64,000 nucleotides of DNA from an uncultured Aureispira sp. (GCA_905480485.1 CAJQQM010000061.1:3704-67703), one strand, 5' to 3'. Counted from the first letter of the stretch, positions 9,615 through 19,778 are shown. Notes: generated by a model from the sequence alone, not told the origin. Made by a program: numbers and translations.

Positions 9615-11774
9615 TCAGTCTATAATGCCAATAATTCTAGGCACATCCCAAATCGACATAAAAAAGGGGCCAAATTTATTCTGAAGAATCTGTTGTTCTT
9701 CACGAGACCAAAAATGTAGTGTGCTAACGGGATAAAGATAGCCAAAATCATAGCAAGTACTCCCTTTACCCTGTTGTTCGCGGGCTATCCATTCGAGAGG
9801 ATAGCGGTAGGATTTTTCCTGTTTGGTCACTAAAGCTTGTGCTTGTTCTCGTATTTTTATACATTTTTCTGACAGTTGTGCACTTGTATTTGTGTTTTTA
9901 GGGTCTAATTTTTGACGTCGTTTGGCAGATAATAAACGCAAACTCGCCGCTTTGTGGGCAGCCCTGAGTTGAGTTACCTCAAGTGCAATAATCAATTCAT
10001 CCAATACAGCAATTCTACTTTCGTCAACTTGTTTTTTTTCGTTTTTTAGATTTTTAATCAAACGCGTACTCTCTAGGGCAAACTGTTCTAGTGGTTGAAT
10101 AGCTTGCTGTTCTAATATCAATAAATCATCCTTATTGGCTTTGGTGCTAAGCCATTTGTATGACTGTTTTGGACGTGGATGCAATTCTAAATTGAGCGGT
10201 TCGGGCAATTCATCCGTAACCGTTTGTGCTACCAAATAACGAATCAGTTGTTGGTCTTTAATATAATCTTGTTGAAGTTTTTGTAGCTCGTTTAGGTTTT
10301 TTATCAAAGATGCTTGCGGTAGCAAGTCACTCAAAAACTGAGTTGCTCTATTAGCGATTATTTTACCATTAAATTGATGTTCCCAAGACCAGCGCGCAAT
10401 ACTCCAATCTATCAACCAATAGCCCCATTCCCAACCCGAACTAAAGGTAAGGTGTCCTTCGACGTTCAGAGAATCCATCAATAAAATGTCTTCTAGTCTA
10501 GTTTGTAAATATGGCATCAAAAACATAGGGACTGAATTATCGAAACTTATCCAATAAGCAGATTCGGGATAATACCATACCTCTCGGTGTTGCTGCTGCT
10601 TTTTAAGAATATCAAGCATGTGCAACAAATTTTCGTTCTCGTAGACAGGGGCAAGCTTGTCTTTTAGGCCATAAAACATAACGGTATGAACAAATAATCC
10701 TCTTTTTGCATCGAGTGCTTGTTGTAGCTGAGGTTCTGAGGTTTTTTTGGTCGCTTTTCCCAACATCTTTTCAGCACGTACTACATGTTCACGACCTGCT
10801 AATTTAGCCTTGTATTGATGACTAACGAGGTCGGTAATAAAAAGTTGTAATTCATTGATTTGCGCTGCATCTCCTTTGGTGAATTCGGTCGATGAACTTT
10901 CCATAGCGATCAGGTCCCAATCTGCCTCAAAGAGTATAGCTAGATTTTTTTTTATTTGTTGTTTGGGGCTTAGCAAAGATATAGGGAATTTATGGTACAG
11001 CTTGAAGGCTTTCTGTTGTGTCATGTGTAGCGAAAGGTCGAGGCCCATCATAATTCCACGGCTGTGTGCATAATCGACAAGAGGACTTATATACGCAACC
11101 CATTTTTCTAAACTATCGGTTTCTAGTAGGTTGAATTCGAAATAATTTTGTTGATTTCTAGCCAGCCAGTCGATGTATTCCTTCACCAATTCCGGACCTT
11201 GTTTGCAAGCAGGGTTTAATAAAGGTTCGGTCAGTTCTAAGGGATGCATGGTATGTAAGTGAAAGCCTTTTTTTTGAAATCTAGGTCGAGCTGACCATTC
11301 AAATTGTTCTGTTAGGGGCCAGTAATCTAATTTAGGGATATAACTTTGTCTAGGATGATAAAAAGCCAACCAAAGTTGTTCTTGCAGCAAGCCGTACAAA
11401 GCAAAGCTGACAGCTTGTGCACAAGAAGCATGTAAATTAAGGTGTATTTGTTGCGCGTTTCGACGGGATACCCACCGATAGTGATGATTTGGATATTTTA
11501 ATAAATGAATAGAATCTTGCCAACTAGTAATCGGCGTTTTTTCATCATTGTCGATTTTGGGTAAAATTAATAATATCTCCGCTAGTGGATTATTGATTGC
11601 AGTAGGGCAGCTAAATGTTTGTCCTAATAATTGGATACAATCATCGATTGCTGCTTTTGAGATAGGATTGGATAGGGTAGTAGAGTCTGCGACAATAGAC
11701 AAGCTTTCGATTGCCCGAGTAGAAGTTAGTGGTATTAGCACTAACAATAGATAAAAAAGCAATGTTCTTAACAT
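9615..11774 (-). CDS. Secreted hypothetical protein with GH20-like (beta-hexosaminidase-like) TIM-barrel motifs
   Basis: Signal peptide. RPRFQKKGFHLH and KEYIDWLARNQQNYFEFNL parallel the GH20 PRF..RG..LD and K.YID......N..H.HL motifs. Family call is inference. Confidence 0.55.
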   Translation of the reverse strand: MLRTLLFYLLLVLIPLTSTRAIESLSIVADSTTLSNPISKAAIDDCIQLLGQTFSCPTAINNPLAEILLILPKIDNDEKTPITSWQDSIHLLKYPNHHYRWVSRRNAQQIHLNLHASCAQAVSFALYGLLQEQLWLAFYHPRQSYIPKLDYWPLTEQFEWSARPRFQKKGFHLHTMHPLELTEPLLNPACKQGPELVKEYIDWLARNQQNYFEFNLLETDSLEKWVAYISPLVDYAHSRGIMMGLDLSLHMTQQKAFKLYHKFPISLLSPKQQIKKNLAILFEADWDLIAMESSSTEFTKGDAAQINELQLFITDLVSHQYKAKLAGREHVVRAEKMLGKATKKTSEPQLQQALDAKRGLFVHTVMFYGLKDKLAPVYENENLLHMLDILKKQQQHREVWYYPESAYWISFDNSVPMFLMPYLQTRLEDILLMDSLNVEGHLTFSSGWEWGYWLIDWSIARWSWEHQFNGKIIANRATQFLSDLLPQASLIKNLNELQKLQQDYIKDQQLIRYLVAQTVTDELPEPLNLELHPRPKQSYKWLSTKANKDDLLILEQQAIQPLEQFALESTRLIKNLKNEKKQVDESRIAVLDELIIALEVTQLRAAHKAASLRLLSAKRRQKLDPKNTNTSAQLSEKCIKIREQAQALVTKQEKSYRYPLEWIAREQQGKGSTCYDFGYLYPVSTLHFWSREEQQILQNKFGPFFMSIWDVPRIIGIID

Positions 11775-11796
11775 AGAATAGTTTTAGTAGAAGGGG

Positions 11797-11804
11797 CAAA
11801 ATTA
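11797..11804 (-). promoter_or_regulatory. Putative -7 element (TAATTTTG) for the 719-aa gene
   Basis: TAnnTTTG match on the minus strand 23 nt upstream of the ATG. Confidence 0.5.
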
Positions 11805-11957
11805 TAAAACTTCAAAAGTATTCCTATCAATCTTGCTATTTTTTTGAGATAAGCTTTATAAAGGGGCTTCACGACCTTGTACATATTAACATTAGCAATG
11901 ATAAGCCTAGAAAAAGAGACCTTTAGGGGCTCTTTTTCTAAGAATGTTTCAAAGGGA

Positions 11958-13106
11958 TTAAAAATCAAAATCATCGTCGTCAAAGTCGAAATCATCCTCC
12001 TCGTCGTCATCTTCTTCTTCTTCTTCTTCTTCTTGATTATCTATTGCAGCATCATCCTTGCTGTCTTCGTCTAGGTCAAAGTCGAAATCATCATCTTCTT
12101 CCTCTTCTTCTTGATTATCTATTGCAGCAGCATCCTTGCTATCTTCGTCTAGGTCTAGGTCCAAATCATCGTCCTCGCCCACATTATCTTGACTGTCCTC
12201 TGCTGCTGATTCAATGATTTCTGTTGGCAAATCTGTAGCCTCTATAGCATGATTTGCCACCTCCTCTTCATCTAAAGTAGTCAGGGGGGGGCTTAATTCA
12301 GTCTCTTCATGTGATGGCTTGAGCAATAGGTTTAAACCGATTTCTGTCAGGGGTAAACTGTCTTTGCAGGCTTTATCGGATAAGGGATAAATACCTTGTT
12401 TGAAAACTTCTAGTAAAGCTTTTTGTTCAGCCTCAAATGAGCCAAAGTGTTGTTTCAGCAACTGTACTTTAGCTGCGTTATCGGCCACATCATATGCTTC
12501 CTGATTCCAATTGTCAATGTTAGGGTGGTTTTGATGAAAGAAAAAATCCGCCAAGGAAGCCAAGGAGTCTTCTATTTCTTGTCTTACGGTAGGTTCGACA
12601 TACATAAAGGAGGATAAGCCCATTTGCTCGACAGCTGTGTCAAGCATTCTGAACAATTCATGGCTGCTTTCGAAAGGTAGTTCTTCCGCTTCCTCTTCCG
12701 ATTCAGTTGTGTTTTCAGCGAGTACATCGGGCGCCGGGTATTGTCCAATCTTTTCGATGTAATTGGTCGCAACTTTAAAGACAAAAGCAGCTTTTCTATG
12801 GCTACTCTTGGCTGTACATTCGGCTTCTACAACATAGATTTGTTCTAGAAGTTGGTTTTTGATCACGTCATAATCCGTTAGAAAACGGGTTTTGAAGTTG
12901 TTGAAATCAGGGACTTTGTATCCTTTGACAGATAATCCTTCAGAAATGCCTTTAAAAGTGCTTTTAGCACCACAGTCGGCGCAATAACAGTCAAAATTAC
13001 CCTTGAAGAACTTTAGCCTGAATAATCTAGCATGATCATCGTGCTCTACTTTTTGAGGGCTATATAGTGGAATTTTGAGTAGTAAATCCTTAACTTGCTT
13101 TAGCAT
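11958..13106 (-). CDS. Hypothetical protein: Cys/His-containing N-terminus, degenerate HEPN/DUF4145-like domain, long acidic tail
   Basis: CYCADCG, EC...H, KIGQYP, GLSSFMY, KVQLLKQHF, KQGIYPLSDKAC, IGLNLLL motifs and a D/E-rich C-terminal ~100 aa. Start set at ATG 13106. Confidence 0.7.
   Translation of the reverse strand: MLKQVKDLLLKIPLYSPQKVEHDDHARLFRLKFFKGNFDCYCADCGAKSTFKGISEGLSVKGYKVPDFNNFKTRFLTDYDVIKNQLLEQIYVVEAECTAKSSHRKAAFVFKVATNYIEKIGQYPAPDVLAENTTESEEEAEELPFESSHELFRMLDTAVEQMGLSSFMYVEPTVRQEIEDSLASLADFFFHQNHPNIDNWNQEAYDVADNAAKVQLLKQHFGSFEAEQKALLEVFKQGIYPLSDKACKDSLPLTEIGLNLLLKPSHEETELSPPLTTLDEEEVANHAIEATDLPTEIIESAAEDSQDNVGEDDDLDLDLDEDSKDAAAIDNQEEEEEDDDFDFDLDEDSKDDAAIDNQEEEEEEEDDDEEDDFDFDDDDFDF
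12010..12165 (-). repeat. 78-nt (26-aa) tandem duplication in the acidic tail, including a (CTT)8 tract
   Basis: Two near-identical copies of ttcttcttgattatctattgcagc..catccttgct.tcttcgtctaggtc ending at 12077 and 12155. Confidence 0.9.
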
Positions 13107-13241
13107 GTTTGATTTGTTTTTGATGACCAGATAAAAATAGTTTCTTATTAGAATAGGATAGACCAAACTACAAAAAAAATATATTTTTTCTACATATCAC
13201 AACAACAAATATTTATCAATATTTTCAGAACAGTCAAACAA

Positions 13242-16200
13242 CTATTGTTTTATTAATTTTAAAATGGGTATAGCGCTCATTTGTTCTGATATCGGCTTTT
13301 TGGCTAATATTTGTACATAATAGCTGCCGGATGCTAATGCTGCACCACTCATTGATTTGCCGTCCCATTGTATTTGATTCATTCCTTGATTTAATTGATG
13401 CAGACGCCTGACTATGCGCCCATTATTGTCAAATATTAAAGCATCAAAATCGCCAATCTCCGCATCGAGTTCTAGGTTTATTGTAGTCGATTCAATAAAT
13501 GGATTGGGATAAACGCTTAGCTTATTTAGTTCGCTACTTTGTTCTGCTAGTCCATCGAATAATTCTTCTCTAAATACATCAATATTCATCCATCCCCAAT
13601 TATTGATTAAATAGGATTCTTCTTGTATAGGACTAAGTTCCAAAACAAGTTTTTGAATACCTTCTAAGCCATTTAATGGAATATTTAGAGGGATGTCAAT
13701 CGATTCAAATGCAGGGATTGATAAAGGAGCGATTTCAATACTATCTGTACGATTTATATAAATAAAAACGGATTGTTCTAAGATGTCATCAGGACTGTTG
13801 TTTTCGATATGTATCATCAATTCGAGTCCATTTGCAGCTGATGCACTGTCGGTGTGTATGTTGTTGGTCTTGCGAACCGACAAGGCTAAATCATGAATTA
13901 ATTGAGCATAAACACGCCAGTATTGTAGCTTAGAAGCTGTTCGGAAAAGTGGGTCTTGATTTATAAATACCAAATAAATAAAAGGATATTGTTGTGCGTC
14001 AATATGGCTGATATCCACGTAGGCTGCTGTACTTTGTACCATTAGGAGTTGCTGTGTTCCTTGATGATCAAGACCCCATATTTGTACTGTAACAGAATCG
14101 GCCTGATTCCCTTCTACATTATCAAAAGCAAATTCTAGGCCCTTCCAGTTTTTTGCAGGACCAATCAAAGGGCTTCGCATACTACCTTCGTGCCAGGTTT
14201 TGCCAAAAGTATTATTTATTTTAAGAATACTTGATTGATGACTGCCTATTTGTTCTTTGAGTTGAGCATGTTGGGTGTTTTTAAAAAAACTAAGGGCATA
14301 GGGCATAGAGGGGTTTTGTATAAATGAGTCAATTTGAAGAGCCCCTATTTGTTTGAGATAGGATACCAATTCAGGGGCTAAGTTGTTCCCATAGCCATTA
14401 TTTAGGGTGTACATAAATACCAAATGATTATTGGGGATAACATTACGGATAAAATTAGAAAGATTTTGCCGGCCGGTTGAATGAAAATTTTCAAATAAAA
14501 AAGAGTAGGCGGTACGTCCTGAAGCATCACAATTTAACGCGCCAAAATTATTGTTTCCAGCAGCTAGTGTCCAAAAGCTTTCGGTTGTTGGATTAAAAAC
14601 AGCGACATAAATACCATTTTTGTCAGGACACTTACATTTGTCTACGATACTGCCGTTGTACAATAGTTGAAAAGCATTGTCTGGAAAGGATGGACGGATG
14701 TAACCACATTGAACAGCAATTTCTCCACAGCTTTTTTCAAATTCTAAAGCTCCTCCCGTATGTGTCGGTGGAATTAATTGTTGGAATTGGTTGTTTTGAT
14801 ATTGCTGAAAATGGGATTGATTCCAGCCTTCGCTTTGTTTATTAGATTGATACATAAATGAACTTTCTGACCAACGAATATCTTTTTGGTCGGCCTGAGT
14901 AGTTCTTACTCTCCAATAATAAACTTGATCTTCCTTTAAATTTTCTACAAGTTGCCATTCAAAAATATTACCGCTCGAACTAAGCTGATGCTGCTTCAGC
15001 AATGGAGAATTAAAATTAGCTGTGGTGTCGAGTTCCAAAAACCAATTTTTTTGAATTTCTATTGCATTGGGATGAACGGCTACTAGGGTAGGCCTGATAT
15101 CGTTAATTAGAGCATATTCTTTCGGAAATGCAGCAAGGGCTGTTCCCGGGCCAATATGAACGGCATATTGTTCGATGCGATTGTTTGTTTCGCAAATTGC
15201 AGGACCTTCATCAATGTGATTTTCATAATCAATATGTGCCGAAAATTCATGCCATCCAATAGCAGCATAGCCATTGATAGGTATGTTTAATTGTATACTT
15301 TGATGTACAGAAGAAATAAAACATTGTTTGTAATGCTTAATTTGTTTCCCTGTGGGTAGCTTTTGTACAATCTCTAGGTCAATAACTGTATCTTTTTTAC
15401 AGGCCCAATTATAGACATCGATTTCTAACTGAAACATCCGATCCGAACTTTGTATCGAAGCAGGTATCGTTCGTATCCCCTTTGAATCTAGCGCAAAATC
15501 AGGCTTAGAGGAGGCGTTCAGTTTTAGGGCAGGGTCGCCGTGTAAAACAAAGTACTGTCTTGCCAATTCATAAATATCTCCTGGATAGCCTTTTAATTGT
15601 TCGATGCTTTGTTGGCTAATTTTGCCAATACTTGCATTTGGATAATTATTTTGACTGAGGTTGTAAAAGTTAAATCCCAACAAATACGCACAATTTGCAA
15701 ATACAACATCAACAAATGATAAATAAGAAACGGCTCCAGCGTTTTCAGCGAGTACATATTTTTCGGATATTTGAGGGCTAGATTCATAAAGGGTACCATT
15801 ATGACAGCCCATTGCTAAAATATGAGGGTATCGCCCCACATTAGAATAGTATTCCGGACTGTTGAGGTAGTAGTCAAATCCTTGATTGCTTCCATGTCCA
15901 AAAAAACTAATCATAGAAACGCCATGATTGATTAGGGAGTCGATTATTTCGGTGGTAGCCCCTGTTTGAAATTGATCTTGAATTTTGCAAAATGAGCTTA
16001 GCTGCTTAGGATGTTTTCCATGCTTGGCAAACGAAGCCATATTGTTGAGATAATACTGAAAAAGACCTTGTTCTTGGCTGTTTGTACCCCCTGCTAAATG
16101 CAGTATGTTTTTCCTCCAAGATTGATTGTCGAAGGAAGGATTTGTCTGTGCAGTAGTTTCGATTGCTTTCACTTTATCTAGGTATTGATAAATCTGTTCT

Positions 16201-17762
16201 GGGCTTACAACAGATAACCGTCCTACTGGTATACTTGGAGTTGTTTCATGTCTTGGGGCTACCAAAAGGTTGTCTGATGGAGGATACCCATAACTCGGAA
16301 CAAGCTGTTGTTCTGTGGCACTATGCCGAATGGTTTGGTATTTTCTTCCTTTTCCGATTAAAAATAAATGTTGAGGTTTGCTTGGCCATTGATCTTGTAT
16401 GTAAGCCACAAAATTTTTGATGGCTAAGGGGTGACCTACTGTACCGTAGGCAAACTGATCATACAATTCCATGATATTGTGTACCGAAACGGCATGTCCT
16501 CCTAAGCTGCGATAGGCTGCATAATCAAAAATTGGATGTCTCCCCATCGCATCTTGCATCAAATAAGGGTGTGTAATGATAAGATATTCTCCACGGGATT
16601 GTTCATAATTCTGAAATTGGACCGGCTGAAGTACCTGAATTTTACGAATTGAATCGCTGTTGACTAAGACCATTGCACAAGCTGTATTGCTAGGCCACAA
16701 CACTGTTTGTAAGGTTTGGCCATCCCACCAACATGGCGTTCGTTGTTTTTGCGTTAAATTGTATAAAAATAAATTATTATTAGCAGCAGGGCCACCATCA
16801 AAGTTATCAACTTTCAATAATTTTTTTTGAGGATTAGCCCGTAGGTTAAATGGAAAGCAATGCTGTCCGCCAAAGTTAAATTGACGTGGATAATTTATAG
16901 AAATCTGACTGATATTTAATTGGTTGTTACTACTATTAGTTCGAGACAGATTTAGGGTGTTTTGTACATTTAAAATACTAGAAGGGAAGGTTTGCTGTAT
17001 CGCAAGAACAGAGTCTGTATTAAAACTAGCCAGTGGCTGTACATAATTATTGATTTGTACTTGAATTTGATGCGTTTGGCCACAACTATAAACCTTGGTT
17101 TCGAAGGTAGCATTTACGGTCGAGTTAGAAATTAGAAATGGGCAGTTTAGTTGGGTTGAATGTTGATTTGAGAATCCACTACCAAATCCTTCTCCCATTT
17201 CAAAACTACTTTTTGATAGAAATTTTCCGCCCAAATAATAGCGGGTACCCTCATTCCAATGCTGATTAAAAACCTGTTTGGTACGATGCATAAAAAAAGT
17301 ATCATTCGCTTCTATTTGGTTAAAATCTAGGGGTTTATTTTCGAAATGATTGTTTTGGCCAGCAGACCAGGTCATGAAATAGGTGCTGCTGTCGCAAATG
17401 AGGCTGTAAGAAGGGTTAAAATGATGACTAGTGTCTTCGTATAGATATCGGTCAAGGGCGGCATGATGGACATGCGCATAAAAATCAATGTACTCTATTA
17501 TTCCTTGTGCCTGATGAACATAAATAGGGACCGTGTTGCCCTGATGTAACAGCTGAAAGTGTGTAGGGTTAATCGTGTCTAAGAAAGGGATGTCGCGTTC
17601 AAGAACGGATCTAGAGATTCGGTAAAATCCCTCTTCAGATAGTTTAAATTTGAAATAATTTTGATGGTGTTGAATCCATTCATTACCATATTTTCCATTG
17701 TGCATCTGAGCCTGAACGTACAGCGATGCGAGCAGCAGAAAGCTAGCGATTAACTTGGTCAT
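13242..17762 (-). CDS. C25-family (gingipain-like) cysteine peptidase with T9SS type A C-terminal domain
   Basis: YLIITHP, LFLIGKG, PSIPVGRLS, FFGHGS (His), AMGCHNG (Cys), LHGDPAL, and C-terminal VYPNPF...WDGK...GSYYVQI. Start set at ATG 17762. Confidence 0.88.
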   Translation of the reverse strand: MTKLIASFLLLASLYVQAQMHNGKYGNEWIQHHQNYFKFKLSEEGFYRISRSVLERDIPFLDTINPTHFQLLHQGNTVPIYVHQAQGIIEYIDFYAHVHHAALDRYLYEDTSHHFNPSYSLICDSSTYFMTWSAGQNNHFENKPLDFNQIEANDTFFMHRTKQVFNQHWNEGTRYYLGGKFLSKSSFEMGEGFGSGFSNQHSTQLNCPFLISNSTVNATFETKVYSCGQTHQIQVQINNYVQPLASFNTDSVLAIQQTFPSSILNVQNTLNLSRTNSSNNQLNISQISINYPRQFNFGGQHCFPFNLRANPQKKLLKVDNFDGGPAANNNLFLYNLTQKQRTPCWWDGQTLQTVLWPSNTACAMVLVNSDSIRKIQVLQPVQFQNYEQSRGEYLIITHPYLMQDAMGRHPIFDYAAYRSLGGHAVSVHNIMELYDQFAYGTVGHPLAIKNFVAYIQDQWPSKPQHLFLIGKGRKYQTIRHSATEQQLVPSYGYPPSDNLLVAPRHETTPSIPVGRLSVVSPEQIYQYLDKVKAIETTAQTNPSFDNQSWRKNILHLAGGTNSQEQGLFQYYLNNMASFAKHGKHPKQLSSFCKIQDQFQTGATTEIIDSLINHGVSMISFFGHGSNQGFDYYLNSPEYYSNVGRYPHILAMGCHNGTLYESSPQISEKYVLAENAGAVSYLSFVDVVFANCAYLLGFNFYNLSQNNYPNASIGKISQQSIEQLKGYPGDIYELARQYFVLHGDPALKLNASSKPDFALDSKGIRTIPASIQSSDRMFQLEIDVYNWACKKDTVIDLEIVQKLPTGKQIKHYKQCFISSVHQSIQLNIPINGYAAIGWHEFSAHIDYENHIDEGPAICETNNRIEQYAVHIGPGTALAAFPKEYALINDIRPTLVAVHPNAIEIQKNWFLELDTTANFNSPLLKQHQLSSSGNIFEWQLVENLKEDQVYYWRVRTTQADQKDIRWSESSFMYQSNKQSEGWNQSHFQQYQNNQFQQLIPPTHTGGALEFEKSCGEIAVQCGYIRPSFPDNAFQLLYNGSIVDKCKCPDKNGIYVAVFNPTTESFWTLAAGNNNFGALNCDASGRTAYSFLFENFHSTGRQNLSNFIRNVIPNNHLVFMYTLNNGYGNNLAPELVSYLKQIGALQIDSFIQNPSMPYALSFFKNTQHAQLKEQIGSHQSSILKINNTFGKTWHEGSMRSPLIGPAKNWKGLEFAFDNVEGNQADSVTVQIWGLDHQGTQQLLMVQSTAAYVDISHIDAQQYPFIYLVFINQDPLFRTASKLQYWRVYAQLIHDLALSVRKTNNIHTDSASAANGLELMIHIENNSPDDILEQSVFIYINRTDSIEIAPLSIPAFESIDIPLNIPLNGLEGIQKLVLELSPIQEESYLINNWGWMNIDVFREELFDGLAEQSSELNKLSVYPNPFIESTTINLELDAEIGDFDALIFDNNGRIVRRLHQLNQGMNQIQWDGKSMSGAALASGSYYVQILAKKPISEQMSAIPILKLIKQ

Positions 17763-18193
17763 TTTTGTGGTTTTTGTGGTTAGTTTGGCCAATAAACACA
17801 ACTAACCGTTAGAATAGTAGCCTATAACTCGTCCGCAAGAATGTAAAACTAGCAAGGTAGGTGCTAGCATTGGGCAAATTACAGCACTAAATTAGGAAGG
17901 TAGTTGTGGTGGTTTTAGATTACAGGATTGGTAAAATTGAATGCATTTTGGTTCGTTTTGATCCGCGTAATCTAAAAAAGTTTAAAAGGTTAACTATCTA
18001 CAAGCAAAATAAATTCCTTTTTGTAAATATCTGTAAATCAACACAATGGAGAAGAGGGTCTTCCTGAATTTGGAAAACAGTATTTGATTTGGAAAAGCTT
18101 GCAACACAAAACAATCTTTTTGAGCAGAATTTAGACAAGCAAAAGCACCAACGATAGGCTAATTTAAGGAGTATACTAGGTCTAGTATAGACC

Positions 18194-18229
18194 AAAAAAA
18201 AGCGACCGTAATCTACGGTCGCTTTTTTT
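18194..18229. terminator. Terminator downstream of rpoN (bidirectional form)
   Basis: AAAAAAAAGCGACCGTA-ATC-TACGGTCGCTTTTTTT perfect inverted repeat. Confidence 0.85.
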
Positions 18230-18245
18230 GGGGTATCATCAAGTA

Positions 18246-19778
18246 CTAAATTTCTTTTCGAAGGCGGGCTACCGGTATTCCTAATTGTTCTCGGTATTTT
18301 GCAACGGTACGCCTAGCAATATTGTAGCCTTTTTGGAGTAGCATATTTTTAAGCTTCTCATCCGAATAGGGTTTTCTTTTGTCTTCCATACTAATAATCT
18401 CTGTGAGAATCTTTTTGACTTCACGGGTAGAGACTTCTTCTCCGCTAGTAGTTTGTAAAGACTCCGAAAAGAAATCCTTTAGACGTTTGGTGCCAAACTC
18501 GGTTTGAACATACTTGCTATTCGCTACCCTAGATATTGTAGAGATGTCAAGGCCTGTAATTTCAGCAATATCTTTTAAAATCATCGGACGAAGACGTTTC
18601 TCATCACCTGTGAGAAAAAAATCGTATTGATATTGCATAATGGTATACATTGTTTTCATCATGGTATCCTGACGCTGTTTGATAGCATCTATAAACCATC
18701 GTGCAGCCGCTATTTTTTGCTTCACAAATATTGCAGCATCTCGTTGCTTCTTGTTCTTTTTGTTGGCATTGTAATTCTGAAGCATTTCCTTGTATTGATT
18801 GTTGACACGCAACTCAGGCGCATTACGATTGTTCAAGGTAAGTTCTAATTCTCCCGATTTGGTTTCAATGATAAAGTCAGGAACAATGTATTGTTTTTTG
18901 AGGCTTGAAGAAGGTGCATAAACCGACCCCGGCTTTGGGTTGAGTTTGAGTATTTCTTCGGTTGCTAATCTCAAATCATCTCGATATAAAGACAATTGTC
19001 TCAATAGCTTATTATAGTGTTTTTTAGAAAACTCTTCAAAATAACTTTCAATGATTGTCGACGCCAGATTAAGGTATTTTATTGTTTCTTCTGATTCGGA
19101 TTCAAAATCTTTTTGATTGACTTTACGTTTTAGTTGAATCAAGAGACATTCTTGCAAGTTTTGGGCGCCGATTCCAGCGGGTTCAAAGGTTTGAATCCTA
19201 TCCAAAACTGATATAACTGCTTCTTCAGAAACCAAAAGATTGTGGGCAAAAGCTAAATCATCCGTAATTGCCATCGGGTCTCTTCTCAGATAACCGTCTT
19301 CGTCGATGCTACCTATTATTTGTAAAGCGATTTTTTCTTCGTCGCCTTCAAGGTCTAGTAGCCCAAGTTGCCGTTCCATGTGTTCATGAAACGAATTTTC
19401 AAGGGCTATAGGGATGGTTTTATCTTCGTCGTCTGCCGAGTAGTTATTAACTTCATATTTGTAAGAGGGTTCATCGTCGTTCATGTAATCCTCAAGATAA
19501 TCTTCGAGCGAATTATCTTCTTGTCGTTCTGCCTCTTCATTTATATCATCATCTTTGCTGTTTTCAACCGGTTCTGTTTCTTCAATACTTAATTCCTCGG
19601 TGTTTTCTTCTTCATTATTCAAATCTTCCTTGGAATCTTCGAGGGCAGGGTTGGCCTCAAGTTCTTCTTGGATTCGCTGCTCTAACATTACAGTAGGAAC
19701 CTGCAATAACTTCATTAGCTGAATCTGTTGAGGAGACAGTTTTTGCAGTTGTTTTTGAGATAAGTTTTGCTTAAGCAT
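18246..19778 (-). CDS. rpoN: RNA polymerase sigma-54 factor
   Basis: Q-rich region I (LSPQQIQLMKLLQ), HTH region ISTISRVANSKY, RpoN box ARRTVAKYR. Confidence 0.97.
   Translation of the reverse strand: MLKQNLSQKQLQKLSPQQIQLMKLLQVPTVMLEQRIQEELEANPALEDSKEDLNNEEENTEELSIEETEPVENSKDDDINEEAERQEDNSLEDYLEDYMNDDEPSYKYEVNNYSADDEDKTIPIALENSFHEHMERQLGLLDLEGDEEKIALQIIGSIDEDGYLRRDPMAITDDLAFAHNLLVSEEAVISVLDRIQTFEPAGIGAQNLQECLLIQLKRKVNQKDFESESEETIKYLNLASTIIESYFEEFSKKHYNKLLRQLSLYRDDLRLATEEILKLNPKPGSVYAPSSSLKKQYIVPDFIIETKSGELELTLNNRNAPELRVNNQYKEMLQNYNANKKNKKQRDAAIFVKQKIAAARWFIDAIKQRQDTMMKTMYTIMQYQYDFFLTGDEKRLRPMILKDIAEITGLDISTISRVANSKYVQTEFGTKRLKDFFSESLQTTSGEEVSTREVKKILTEIISMEDKRKPYSDEKLKNMLLQKGYNIARRTVAKYREQLGIPVARLRKEI

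Noticed and set aside
11768-12074. Short ORFs 11768-12010 (-) and 11877-12074 (+) with poly-Phe or hydrophobic runs
   Set aside because: Alternative frames of the acidic-tail repeat and adjacent AT-rich spacer; no independent coding signal.
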